A DNA stretch of 64,000 nt from a virus (Duplodnaviria > Heunggongvirae > Uroviricota > Caudoviricetes): the IMG/VR virus record IMGVR_UViG_3300047445_000122. One strand, written 5' to 3'. Both the position numbers and the translations under genes were made by a program. A model generated the notes under the pieces. The model saw only the letters and a list, made by a program, of their open reading frames with translations. It searched no databases and was not told the origin of the DNA. This document shows positions 45,105-54,116 of the stretch, one piece after another (position 1 is the first letter of the stretch; the number at the start of each line of letters is the position of its first letter).

Positions 45105-45920
45105 ATGACCACCTCGAACGCCGCTGCTGTTGAACAGAGCCTGACCCTGGTACACACCACCGAATCTTTCTCCATGAACATCGACGGTCTGGACAACGAA
45201 CAGATCATCGACCAGCTGAAGGATGCCGGTTTCTCGATGGGTAAGACCTCCCTGCGCAACCTGCTGAACGGCAATGTGACGAAAACTTGCGGCTTTGAGT
45301 TGGTCGCCGCTCCGAAAGAAAAGGCTGCTGCTCCGGTAGTAGAGACCGCCCCAGCAGCCGCCCCAATGTCTGTAGCCGATGCTGAAGCTGCTGTTGAAGC
45401 AGAAGACGCAGCGAAGCCAACCGAAGTCACCCCACCAGCCGCTCCTGAAGTCGCACCGGAAGTGATCGATGTTGAAGCCAAGGAAGTGATTGAAGCTGTC
45501 GCAGCCCCAAGCGTGTTCTCTATGATCACCTCCCAACTGGCCGGCACTGCCCGCGCACCGCAACTGCTGGTGGTGAACGCCCCGGCTAAGAAAAACGATG
45601 CGAAGACCGTGACCGCTGTATCGGTTCCTAACGCACCATCCGCCCCGGCTCCTATCGGCGTCAACGGCAAGCCGATCAAGCCTCTGCGCCGCGACACCAA
45701 GAACGACAAAATCTTCCAGATGCTGTGCGATGGCGCAACCGTCAAGGAAATCAGCGAAAAGTTCGGCTGGACCGAAGGCGGTGTGTCCTCCGTCGTGTAC
45801 TGGGAGCCGAACGACAAAGGCTATGGCCTGGACAAGGAACAAGTACAAGGTCGCGGCAACGTCATCTACATCACCATCGACGGCCAGCGCATCAACAAGG
45901 CCCAACTGGTGTACAAATGA
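45105..45920 (+). CDS. Hypothetical early protein, Ala/Pro-rich linker, C-terminal HTH-like domain
   Basis: TAGGAG SD; ML..GATVKEISEKFGWTEGGV. Confidence 0.75.
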   Translation: MTTSNAAAVEQSLTLVHTTESFSMNIDGLDNEQIIDQLKDAGFSMGKTSLRNLLNGNVTKTCGFELVAAPKEKAAAPVVETAPAAAPMSVADAEAAVEAEDAAKPTEVTPPAAPEVAPEVIDVEAKEVIEAVAAPSVFSMITSQLAGTARAPQLLVVNAPAKKNDAKTVTAVSVPNAPSAPAPIGVNGKPIKPLRRDTKNDKIFQMLCDGATVKEISEKFGWTEGGVSSVVYWEPNDKGYGLDKEQVQGRGNVIYITIDGQRINKAQLVYK

Positions 45921-46044
45921 TCTCTGAGACGATTGAGACCGACTTTCCTGGTCAGGGAGCCGGTCTGAGATACTCAAGACCCAACACACCACACACACAC
46001 CCCAACGCCCGGAGAAATCTGGGCGTTTCCAATTCTGAGGTAAC

Positions 46045-46977
46045 ATGAATCAATATGAATATGAACGCAAGCTGCCGTTCTGGGTCAACTTCTCATTGGC
46101 CACAATGAACACGGATGAGCTTGATCCAGTCTATGTAGCAGCCCGCAACGCCATCCCTATCCTGGGCCGGGAACATGTCTGTCGCTTCTTGATGGGGATG
46201 AGTCTGTACTACGACATGGGTGTGGCTTGCGACCTCGCAGACCGCTCCACTGAAGACACCTTCTGGGACTTGTGCTTTGAAGTGTATCCGACTGCGAAAC
46301 GTGGGACTGAGCGCCGGTACTTCCGGGGTGATGCTGGCTTGACTTGCTTACAGTATATGCGGGACAATTTCGCTGGCCCGGAAGACTTCTTCAAGAAGAC
46401 GTACAGGCCGACCTACAGCGAGTTGCTGAAAGTGTTTAAAGACATCCCCGGCTATGGGGAATATCACACCTGGAAAATCTGGGACTTCTATGACCGCATC
46501 CTGGGCATGCCCGTGGCGTCTGATGAGTCAGCCTTCAAGGCGATGCCGAAGGAGCCGGTGAAGGGTCTGAAGCTGGTGGCCGCTGAGATGAATTGGGATG
46601 ACGACCTGGACCCCAAGATCATCGCCCAATACTGCGTCAACACTCTGCAGAGCATGAACTGTCTCGCCTCCCCGGCGAAGGATCGACTGGTCCACATCGC
46701 TGAAGTGGAAACCAACATGTGTGGTCTCTCGCACTTCTATAAGGGCACTGATTGGGTGGGGGCTGATATCCAAGAGAAGCGCAAGCAACTCAGCGGGATT
46801 GAGGGTCACACCGCCTCTGTGATGCTCCAGAACCTGCCCCCGGAGGTTCCGCGTGACTACTTCAACCCGCCCATCGACATCCTCCAACACCTGAAGGTCA
46901 AGGTCACTCAAGTTGCCATTGAGAAGTACGCAGTGGAGAAACAGAAGAACCAAGACATGTTCTCAATGTTCGCCTGA
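46045..46977 (+). CDS. alpha-glutamyl/putrescinyl-thymine pyrophosphorylase clade 2-like (amino acid:DNA transferase)
   Basis: LDPVY, FL.....YYD.G.A, FW, RGTERRYFRG, G.GEY..WKI.D, ET..C. Confidence 0.75.
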   Translation: MNQYEYERKLPFWVNFSLATMNTDELDPVYVAARNAIPILGREHVCRFLMGMSLYYDMGVACDLADRSTEDTFWDLCFEVYPTAKRGTERRYFRGDAGLTCLQYMRDNFAGPEDFFKKTYRPTYSELLKVFKDIPGYGEYHTWKIWDFYDRILGMPVASDESAFKAMPKEPVKGLKLVAAEMNWDDDLDPKIIAQYCVNTLQSMNCLASPAKDRLVHIAEVETNMCGLSHFYKGTDWVGADIQEKRKQLSGIEGHTASVMLQNLPPEVPRDYFNPPIDILQHLKVKVTQVAIEKYAVEKQKNQDMFSMFA

Positions 46978-46985
46978 CGGTTGAT

Positions 46986-47038
46986 GGTTGATATTGGTAA
47001 GGTTGAGCTAGACTCTTGGCTAGTATTGACGCTATAGT
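46986..47038 (+). promoter_or_regulatory. Box-type promoter, copy 1
   Basis: GGTTGATATTGGTA-N8-CTAGAC-N19-TATAGT. Confidence 0.7.
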
Positions 47039-47072
47039 TCTCTTCATCGCTAACGCACTGAAGGAAACTGAG

Positions 47073-47489
47073 ATGAAAGTAGTACAGAGTCTGGACGACA
47101 AACAACTGTTCGTTATCGCCGCCGATGGTCGCACCCTCAACATCGAGGAACTGATCAAGAAGGCAGACCGGGTTGAAGCCCTGGAACACCAGGTCACCCA
47201 AGGCGAACTTACCAACATGGACCTGAACACGAAGCTGATCCAAGCTGATGTGAAGATCCACAAACTGGCCGTTGACAACACCAATATCATGAACGCTGCC
47301 ATATACCAGGCGTATCGCTACGGCGTCACTCTGGTTCAACAAGGCCAACGGATTACCCCCATGAAGGAATCCAACGACCGTCGCGGTGAGATCATCCAGA
47401 AGCTGCTGGGCATCATCGCCCAGAAGCATCCCCAAGCGATGTCTCGCGCTCTGAGTATTGTCGGCACCGAACTGATTGCGCCTCTGTAA
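47073..47489 (+). CDS. Hypothetical coiled-coil protein
   Basis: AAGGAAAC SD before ATG 47073. Confidence 0.75.
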   Translation: MKVVQSLDDKQLFVIAADGRTLNIEELIKKADRVEALEHQVTQGELTNMDLNTKLIQADVKIHKLAVDNTNIMNAAIYQAYRYGVTLVQQGQRITPMKESNDRRGEIIQKLLGIIAQKHPQAMSRALSIVGTELIAPL

Positions 47490-47998
47490 TGGCCAGAATC
47501 AATCCCGGTCTGTTCAGCGGCGGTTACGATACTCCGATCATGCACCCCACAAAGGGCAAGCGCGGCGGTCGTTGCAACATCACAGCCTGTCAACGCAAGG
47601 GCGCATACTGGTATAACCAGGTCATGAAAGCCTATTACTGCGAGGATTGTGCTGTTGATATCAACGACCATCCGATCCAACAGAATGATGGACCATGGCG
47701 CATCTGCGTTCTGGACCGTCAGGTGTATGAACATCACCTGGCGTATGACATCGGCATGGACCAGGAAGATGCGGTGCGCCGCACTGGCCGTCTGCTGGAC
47801 AGCCTGGCTCACCGCTGGGACACCACTGTGGAGAAGATCACCCACAACAACGAAAGTGAGGAGGAACCATGTCCTGTAGCCGTTGTGGAGCCAAAGGTCT
47901 CCACGCCTGCCCCGGTGCCCCAATTCCGCCATGGACGCCAGAAAAGGTGGCAGAATTCCAGGCCGTACTCAAGCAGTATGAAAGCAATCCGCAAGTAA
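47489..47998 (+). CDS. Hypothetical Cys-containing protein
   Basis: CNITAC...YYCEDC; coupled. Confidence 0.7.
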   Translation: MARINPGLFSGGYDTPIMHPTKGKRGGRCNITACQRKGAYWYNQVMKAYYCEDCAVDINDHPIQQNDGPWRICVLDRQVYEHHLAYDIGMDQEDAVRRTGRLLDSLAHRWDTTVEKITHNNESEEEPCPVAVVEPKVSTPAPVPQFRHGRQKRWQNSRPYSSSMKAIRK

Positions 47999-48058
47999 AT
48001 GGGGAAGTTGACGCCCCTCATGAATCGTCAGCACAATCGAAATAAAGGAAACTCTATC

Positions 48059-48178
48059 ATGGCAACCGCCCGCAAAGCATCCACCAAAGTAGCAGCTGAA
48101 ACCAAAGCATCCACCAAAGTGGCGACCGAAAAGAAAGCCTCCAAGGCTGCATCGCCAAAGACTTCCCAGCTGAAGTAA
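48059..48178 (+). CDS. 39-aa Lys/Ala/Ser/Thr-rich basic microprotein
   Basis: AAAGGAAAC SD; MATARKASTKVAAETKASTKVATEKKASKAASPKTSQLK; own terminator. Confidence 0.75.
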   Translation: MATARKASTKVAAETKASTKVATEKKASKAASPKTSQLK

Positions 48179-48257
48179 TCCGGTGAACAAGGCGGGGGCT
48201 GCGGCTCCCGCCTTTATTTTGCCTTCACTTGAGCAGCTTACAACATAGGATTCTCAA

Positions 48258-49466
48258 ATGAGGGAACACACTGAAGATTACACTGAGGCGATGCGTCGTG
48301 CTATGGAAATGTTGATGGATACTCACTCGCGCTCTATTGATGAGTCAGCCAACCAGCTCATCACTGTACCACGTTCGCGCCCGTTGGTGATGGAGTGCAA
48401 CCCAGACGGCACTACACAACTCCAAACCCTGTATAACACGGAAGCAATCACCATAAGGAACCCGATCATGTTTGATGATGAAGACGAAGAACAGGACTGT
48501 CAGTATGACGCACCAGCTCCCCGGCGTGCTCGTGCTACTCCAGCCCCGAAGCCGGCAGACGCCCTGGTGCGTCAAATGGGCATCGAGCTGACCTTCATGT
48601 CTCCCTACGCTGACGGGAAACCGAACAGCGATGTGGACTCTGAGTTGGCGGGTGGCTATGCTCGCATCCTCCAGGCTATTCTCAACCAACGCAAGGTACG
48701 CTTCAACGACTGCTCCCGCGACATCCGCGCCGTCGAAACCTCCAGCCCGATCTTGAAGACCTGGAGTGAGGTTGAGAAGTTCTACAAGTCTGTATCCAAC
48801 GCTGCGTTGGAGATTGGTCTGCGTCCTCACGTTGAGAAGCTGATCTCAGGCGGTGGTCATATCCACGTGGGCGAACTCAAGCCAGAGCTCATCGCGGCTA
48901 TGTTCCGTGAGGTTCAGAATCGTCCGTGGTTGAACTGGGTCTTCAATGAGCCTGATGACCACAATACGCACTCATACAACTCCAATCTGTCCTCTGTGGA
49001 CTCCAAGTTGAAGAAGGCGTGTATGACCGTGGGTTGTGACCCAACCCTGTTCATGGGAGGTCGCTCCATGTCATCTGAAGCTCAAGTTGGTCTCCTGTTC
49101 TATGGGCCAGTTGAGCACGTGAACCGCGCCTGGTTCCCCAACGACAAGTCCCGCGTGGTACGCTATGCGAAGGAGTATGACACCTTTGAGTTCCGCTTCT
49201 TCCGCGCCCCAAATCACTGGGAGGAGCAGAAAGCCCACGTTGAGTTCGTGGAAGCCTTCATCAAGTATGTTGAGAAGAAGGTCAAGGACAAGGTCAAGAT
49301 CGTGACCGAAATGGATAGCAGCACCAAGTTGCTCGCCTTCACGGCTGAACAATCCAAGGATGAGTTCCTCAAGTTCCTGACCGAACTGGAGCTGAAACAT
49401 GAACCATACCAGGAGCTGATTGACGACAATCTGGCGGACTGGTTCACGCGAGGGAAACGCAAATGA
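48258..49466 (+). CDS. Putative amidoligase (COOH-NH2 ligase type 2)
   Basis: GIELTF, E..SP.L, GGGHIHVG, FEFRFF. Confidence 0.7.
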   Translation: MREHTEDYTEAMRRAMEMLMDTHSRSIDESANQLITVPRSRPLVMECNPDGTTQLQTLYNTEAITIRNPIMFDDEDEEQDCQYDAPAPRRARATPAPKPADALVRQMGIELTFMSPYADGKPNSDVDSELAGGYARILQAILNQRKVRFNDCSRDIRAVETSSPILKTWSEVEKFYKSVSNAALEIGLRPHVEKLISGGGHIHVGELKPELIAAMFREVQNRPWLNWVFNEPDDHNTHSYNSNLSSVDSKLKKACMTVGCDPTLFMGGRSMSSEAQVGLLFYGPVEHVNRAWFPNDKSRVVRYAKEYDTFEFRFFRAPNHWEEQKAHVEFVEAFIKYVEKKVKDKVKIVTEMDSSTKLLAFTAEQSKDEFLKFLTELELKHEPYQELIDDNLADWFTRGKRK

Positions 49467-49966
49467 GCATCAAAGACATCAAGACGATCTTGACCGAGAC
49501 CGAAATCAAGCACCTGGCCCTGATCAACGGCTTCAGCCTGAGGAAGCAAGAAGATGGCAGCTTGAACTTGAACCCATACGTGTACAAGTTCGCTGAGCAG
49601 CTCATCCAGGTCTCGCACGACGCGCTGCTGAACAAGCTGGTGTTGTTCCACATGCATCTCAAGGAGGCGGCTGAGCACCTCCAGAACCGTCACGCCGACG
49701 ATGAAGCTGATGTCTACCTGGACTTCATGAAGGGTTGCCATTTCAACCTGGACTATGGGACAATCGCACGCCTCCATGAAGCAGCCAGGAAGTCCAACTG
49801 GATTCCGCCTGAGTATTACATGAACGACTGGGTCAGCGACTGCGCGACGTTCCTCAAGGAAGGCCCGCAAGCGTTCATCCCAGACGTCAAGCCTCAAGTA
49901 CAACCTCTGGAAGTAGTTGATATTTCCAAGATCAAGTCGATTGACAACCCAACGGTTGATGGTTGA
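49463..49966 (+). CDS. Hypothetical protein
   Basis: LALANGF.LK.Q.DG..L.PYVY.FA-like motif; coupled. Confidence 0.7.
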   Translation: MSIKDIKTILTETEIKHLALINGFSLRKQEDGSLNLNPYVYKFAEQLIQVSHDALLNKLVLFHMHLKEAAEHLQNRHADDEADVYLDFMKGCHFNLDYGTIARLHEAARKSNWIPPEYYMNDWVSDCATFLKEGPQAFIPDVKPQVQPLEVVDISKIKSIDNPTVDG

Positions 49967-50013
49967 TATTGGTAAAGATAAGCTAGACGCCTGTCCGTTA
50001 TTGACCCTATAAT
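49961..50013 (+). promoter_or_regulatory. Box-type promoter, copy 2
   Basis: GGTTGATATTGGTA-N8-CTAGAC-N19-TATAAT. Confidence 0.75.
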
Positions 50014-50103
50014 TCGTTCCACGTCGAGCAAACGACGTTTTACTAACCCACTGAGACCAACCATACCAGTCTCGGTTATGCCCGAAAGGGAAAGGAAACT
50101 ACC

Positions 50104-50595
50104 ATGTCCAAAGACAAAGCACAATCCCCAGCCAAAGTATCCGTTGACTTCAAGCGCGCACGCACCGCCTCCAACGAAATCCGCCGCGCCGCCAAGGTAC
50201 AACGCGAAGCCCAGAAGAAGCTGGCCCGCAAACAGCGCCTGGAAGCTGAAGGCAAGCTGGTAGCCAAGGGCACCGCCCGTGCCAAGCGCCGTGGCTCCAT
50301 GAAGCACTACATGGTGGACTACAAAGCCAAGACCGCAACCCTGACCACCTACGGTGCGAAGCCAGCCGAAGGCGTGATGGCTCGTGTGGTGTTCGCTCCA
50401 TCCCAGAAGGCGGCTCTGCTGGCCTGCGGTATCAAGCCGAAGGAAGTCAGCGACAAGACCGTGGCCAAGAAGATCGTTGCGAGCCTGAAGGGCGACGCTG
50501 ATGTTGCTCCTGCGAGCGAGACCGGCCTGGTGGTCAAGAAGCCACGCGCCAAGAAGGGCGAAGCTCAAGACAACACCTTCGCTCTGGCTGCATGA
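50104..50595 (+). CDS. Basic Lys/Ala-rich protein with ssrA-like C-terminus (...AQDNTFALAA)
   Basis: AAAGGAAAC SD; strong codon bias. Confidence 0.8.
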   Translation: MSKDKAQSPAKVSVDFKRARTASNEIRRAAKVQREAQKKLARKQRLEAEGKLVAKGTARAKRRGSMKHYMVDYKAKTATLTTYGAKPAEGVMARVVFAPSQKAALLACGIKPKEVSDKTVAKKIVASLKGDADVAPASETGLVVKKPRAKKGEAQDNTFALAA

Positions 50596-50765
50596 TCAAG
50601 CTGAAGTTGGTCTCTGGATACGATGTCTTTATTAACGTGAAGTACATCGTATCCATTACCCCAGGCCCGGACCATCACAGCCGCTGTCATATTTCCACTG
50701 TCAACGGTGAGTTTTCGGTGGCGATGAACGCATCGGCCGTGATGATGCTGATGTCCGGCAAATAA
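50592..50765 (+). CDS. 57-aa small protein (FlbD-like pattern)
   Basis: MIKLKLVSG..VFINV..I.SI; ATGA overlap with upstream stop. Confidence 0.55.
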   Translation: MIKLKLVSGYDVFINVKYIVSITPGPDHHSRCHISTVNGEFSVAMNASAVMMLMSGK

Positions 50766-50777
50766 GTAGCAAATACT

Positions 50778-50825
50778 GGCACAGTGAGTGCCTTTTATCA
50801 ACGCAACCAGAGAGGTAGCAAAATG
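50778..50825 (+). promoter_or_regulatory. Duplicated NAD-gene leader, copy 1
   Basis: GGCAC-AGTGA-GTGCC-TTTTATCAACGCAACCAGAGAGGTAGCAAAATG. Confidence 0.75.
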
Positions 50826-51863
50826 AGTGAAAAGAAAGACCTGGCTGTCGCAATCATGCGCATCCAACCCCTGCATGACATGCACAAGCACTTGATCGAT
50901 GAAGCGTTCAAGGTCGGCAAACAAGTCCTGATCCTGGTGGGTTCCTCCCACCGCGCCCGCAACATCAAGAATCCGTTCACCTTCGAGGAGCGGAAGGCGA
51001 TGGTCAAGAAGCTGTTCCCGGACGCAATCGTGGAACCTGTCGTTGACTACATGTATGACGACGACAAGTGGATTGCCAAGGTACAAGCGACCGTCGCTGG
51101 CGTCTGTGAGAACTACGGCGCGAATCCCAACAGCATCGTGCTCGTGGGTCACAAGAAGGACAGTTCCAGTTTCTACCTGGACTTGTTCAAGCAGTGGTCC
51201 TACCATGAAGTTGTTCCGTCCCGGAAACTGGATGCCACCAAGATTCGCTCCTATCTGTTCGCCAAGGACTTGGTTGCGGATGATTCGGCTGTCCCGTTCC
51301 TGCGTGAGATGGTTCCTGCGTCGATCATGGGCAACATTGACTTCTGGTCCAACACTGACGACTACCGCAACCTGGTTGAGGAGTATGCCAACATCCAGAA
51401 GTACAAGGCGGCTTGGGCGTCTGCTCCGTATCAACCCACGTTCGTCACGACAGACGCCATCGTGACTTGCGCCGGTCACGTGCTCATGATCCGTCGCAAG
51501 TTCGCTCCGGGGAAAGGTCTGTTGGCCCTGCCTGGTGGCTTCCTGAACCCAGGTGAGCGCATCATCCAGGGTATCCTGCGTGAACTCAAGGAAGAGACAC
51601 AGATCAACGTTGGTCGTGGCATGTTGGAATCCATGATCCGTGAAATCCGTGTGTTCGACCATCCAGATCGCAGCCTGCGCGGCCGCACCATCACCCACAC
51701 AGCTCACATTCCTCTGAACTTCAAGGTTCTGCCTGAAGTGAAGGGCGATGACGACGCCGATGGGGCAATGTGGGTTCCCTTCTATGATCTGGCGCTGAAC
51801 CGTGACCAAATCTTTGAAGACCACGGCGACCAAATCAGCTCCATGACCGGGGTTGATCTGTAA
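50823..51863 (+). CDS. nadM: Bifunctional NMN adenylyltransferase / Nudix hydrolase (NadM-Nudix, NatV-like)
   Basis: RIQPLHDMH, VGSS...KNPFTFEER, GH.KD.SS.YL..F, Nudix GGF..PGE....LRELKEET. Confidence 0.92.
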   Translation: MSEKKDLAVAIMRIQPLHDMHKHLIDEAFKVGKQVLILVGSSHRARNIKNPFTFEERKAMVKKLFPDAIVEPVVDYMYDDDKWIAKVQATVAGVCENYGANPNSIVLVGHKKDSSSFYLDLFKQWSYHEVVPSRKLDATKIRSYLFAKDLVADDSAVPFLREMVPASIMGNIDFWSNTDDYRNLVEEYANIQKYKAAWASAPYQPTFVTTDAIVTCAGHVLMIRRKFAPGKGLLALPGGFLNPGERIIQGILRELKEETQINVGRGMLESMIREIRVFDHPDRSLRGRTITHTAHIPLNFKVLPEVKGDDDADGAMWVPFYDLALNRDQIFEDHGDQISSMTGVDL

Positions 51864-51870
51864 CACAACT

Positions 51871-51918
51871 CCCACAGTGAGTGGGTTTTATCAACGCAAC
51901 CAGAGAGGTAGCAAAATG
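51871..51918 (+). promoter_or_regulatory. Duplicated NAD-gene leader, copy 2
   Basis: CCCAC-AGTGA-GTGGG-TTTTATCAACGCAACCAGAGAGGTAGCAAAATG. Confidence 0.75.
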
Positions 51919-53397
51919 AAGAAAAGTATCATCCAAGCAAGCGTGGCCGGCATCTTCGCCATGAGCATGAGTATCAACGACTACATCAACAACCCACTGT
52001 TCGACACGGACAGCTACAAGATCACCCACCCTTGGCAATATGAAGAGGGTATGGATGGGATTGTGGCTTACATCGAAGCACGCGGCGGTGCTGATGAAAC
52101 CATGTGGGCAGGTATGCAGACTGTTATCCACGAGACCCTGACCAAGCAGATCACTGCCGACTGGGTTGATGAAGCGGAAGCCTTCTGGACTGAACACATC
52201 GGCTACTTCTACCGCCCAGGCTGGGACTATGTGGTCAACGAGTGCAATGGCTACATCCCCATTGACATCTACAGTGCGCCTGAAGGTCTGGTGATCCCGA
52301 CCAAGAACGCGCTGGCGGTGGTGTGGTGCGATGATCCTGTTTTCGCTCCTTGCATGCAACATCTGGAAACCCTGCTGCTGCGTCCATGGTACACCTCCTC
52401 CGTGGGCACCATCAGCTACCAGGCCAAAGAAATGATCCTGGATGGTATGCTGGAGTCCTGCGACACTCTGGACAAGCTGCCATGGATGCTCCACGACTTC
52501 GGTGCCCGTGGTGTGTCCTCGCCTCAATCTGCCGCTCTGGGCGGGATGGCGCACTTGATCAACTTCCAGGGTTCAGACACCGGCCTGGGCATCATCGGTG
52601 CGCGTCTGTGGTACGATTGCCACATGGCTGGCTATTCCATCCCGGCTTCCGAGCACGCCACGATCACTTCGTGGGGTCTGGACACCAAGGGTGAAACTGC
52701 GGCCTTCCGCAACATGATCAAGGCTTTCGGCAAGTCGGCCATCTTCGCTTGCGTGAGCGACGGCAACGACATTGAGAAGGCCACCGGCGAAATCTGGGGC
52801 ACTGCGCTCTACGATGAAGTCATGGCCATGAACGCCACGCTGGTGATCCGCCCGGACTCCGGTGACCCGATTGAGTGGTTGCCGAAGCTGTTGCGTATCC
52901 TGGATGCCAAGTTCGGCTCCGTGAAGAACAGCAAGGGCTACAAGGTGCTCAACAAGGTACGTCTGATCCAAGGCGACGGCGTGACTATCAAGTCCCTGCC
53001 GCTGATGATCAAGGCCATCCTGGATGCTGGTTTCTCGCTGGACAACGTCGCCTTCGGTATGGGCGGTGGTCTTCTCCAAAAGGTTGACCGTGACACGTTC
53101 AAGTGGGCAATGAAGTGCTGCGCCATTCGCATCAATGGTGAGTGGAAGGAAGTCTTCAAAGACCCAGCCACTGACCCAGGCAAGAAGTCCAAGCGTGGTT
53201 TCCCGGCTCTGTATCGCAACAAGGAGACCGGCGAATACAAGACCCTGGCTGGCTTGCAACATGAGCACCCTGGCGTTGATTGGGAAGGCATTCTGCAACC
53301 GATCTATCGCCACAGCCGCATCCTGCCACAACCGATGATCCATCGCATCAAGTTCTCGGAAATGCGTTACAACGCAAGTCTGAAACTCAATCTGTAA
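51916..53397 (+). CDS. nadV: Nicotinamide phosphoribosyltransferase (NAMPT)
   Basis: DTDSYKITH, LHDFGARGVSS, SIPASEH, RPDSGDP, IQGDG, FGMGGGLLQ. Confidence 0.95.
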   Translation: MKKSIIQASVAGIFAMSMSINDYINNPLFDTDSYKITHPWQYEEGMDGIVAYIEARGGADETMWAGMQTVIHETLTKQITADWVDEAEAFWTEHIGYFYRPGWDYVVNECNGYIPIDIYSAPEGLVIPTKNALAVVWCDDPVFAPCMQHLETLLLRPWYTSSVGTISYQAKEMILDGMLESCDTLDKLPWMLHDFGARGVSSPQSAALGGMAHLINFQGSDTGLGIIGARLWYDCHMAGYSIPASEHATITSWGLDTKGETAAFRNMIKAFGKSAIFACVSDGNDIEKATGEIWGTALYDEVMAMNATLVIRPDSGDPIEWLPKLLRILDAKFGSVKNSKGYKVLNKVRLIQGDGVTIKSLPLMIKAILDAGFSLDNVAFGMGGGLLQKVDRDTFKWAMKCCAIRINGEWKEVFKDPATDPGKKSKRGFPALYRNKETGEYKTLAGLQHEHPGVDWEGILQPIYRHSRILPQPMIHRIKFSEMRYNASLKLNL

Positions 53398-53473
53398 CTT
53401 GTAACACCCGCTTCACCTCCATTTCAATTTGCGCCTCTGGGATTTATCCCAGAGGCGATTTTTTATTTGGAGA

Positions 53474-53506
53474 CCACTTTACTTTCCTAGCATCATCAAT
53501 TATGAT
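53474..53506 (+). promoter_or_regulatory. Early promoter
   Basis: CCACTTTACT-N17-TATGAT. Confidence 0.8.
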
Positions 53507-53557
53507 TCTCTTACGTTGGTACACTGACTGACGCAACTTGATATAGGAAACTACATT

Positions 53558-53974
53558 ATGGCAAACAACATCACCCGCAACCTCGCCCTCTACACCAAAG
53601 TTGAGGAAGTCCTGCGCCGGGCCATGGAAGAGAACAAGCCTCAAGTGATGGCTGATATCATGAAGAACAGCGACATCATGCAGCTCAACTCCAGCCTCAG
53701 CCAAGTCCAGAACGTCGTGAGCCAGCTGGTGAAGAAGAAATTGGTGAACAAAGTTGTGATGCCGCGTGACCACCACCCGCGCAACACTCCCGGCTACGTG
53801 TGGATCCAAGGTGCTGAGTGGCCAGAGAACAAGCACCCTCGCAAACACTCCAAGGTGAAGGTCATCACCCCGCCACCGCAAGAGCCGACTGAGGTGGAGA
53901 TCACTGTCCAAGGCATCACGGTGGTGATCGGGAAGAACCCATCCACCGGACGATTGAAGATCACCATCGAATAA
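53558..53974 (+). CDS. Hypothetical early protein (winged-helix-like)
   Basis: TAGGAAAC SD; own promoter and terminator. Confidence 0.75.
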   Translation: MANNITRNLALYTKVEEVLRRAMEENKPQVMADIMKNSDIMQLNSSLSQVQNVVSQLVKKKLVNKVVMPRDHHPRNTPGYVWIQGAEWPENKHPRKHSKVKVITPPPQEPTEVEITVQGITVVIGKNPSTGRLKITIE

Positions 53975-54116
53975 CAAGAACAAGCGCCCTCCGGGGCGCT
54001 TTTTTATTGCCTGACGAATTCACAACAGCATTTTCCCGAAAGTCAATTTTCTCAACCTGTAATATCAACCACTTACGGCTTGATAATTGATGTCCCTGTA
54101 CCACTGGTCAACTGCT

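Noticed and set aside
50761-50768. Late promoter AATAAGTA just before the nadM leader
   Set aside because: It overlaps the upstream stop codon, has no counterpart before the nadV copy, and may be coincidental.
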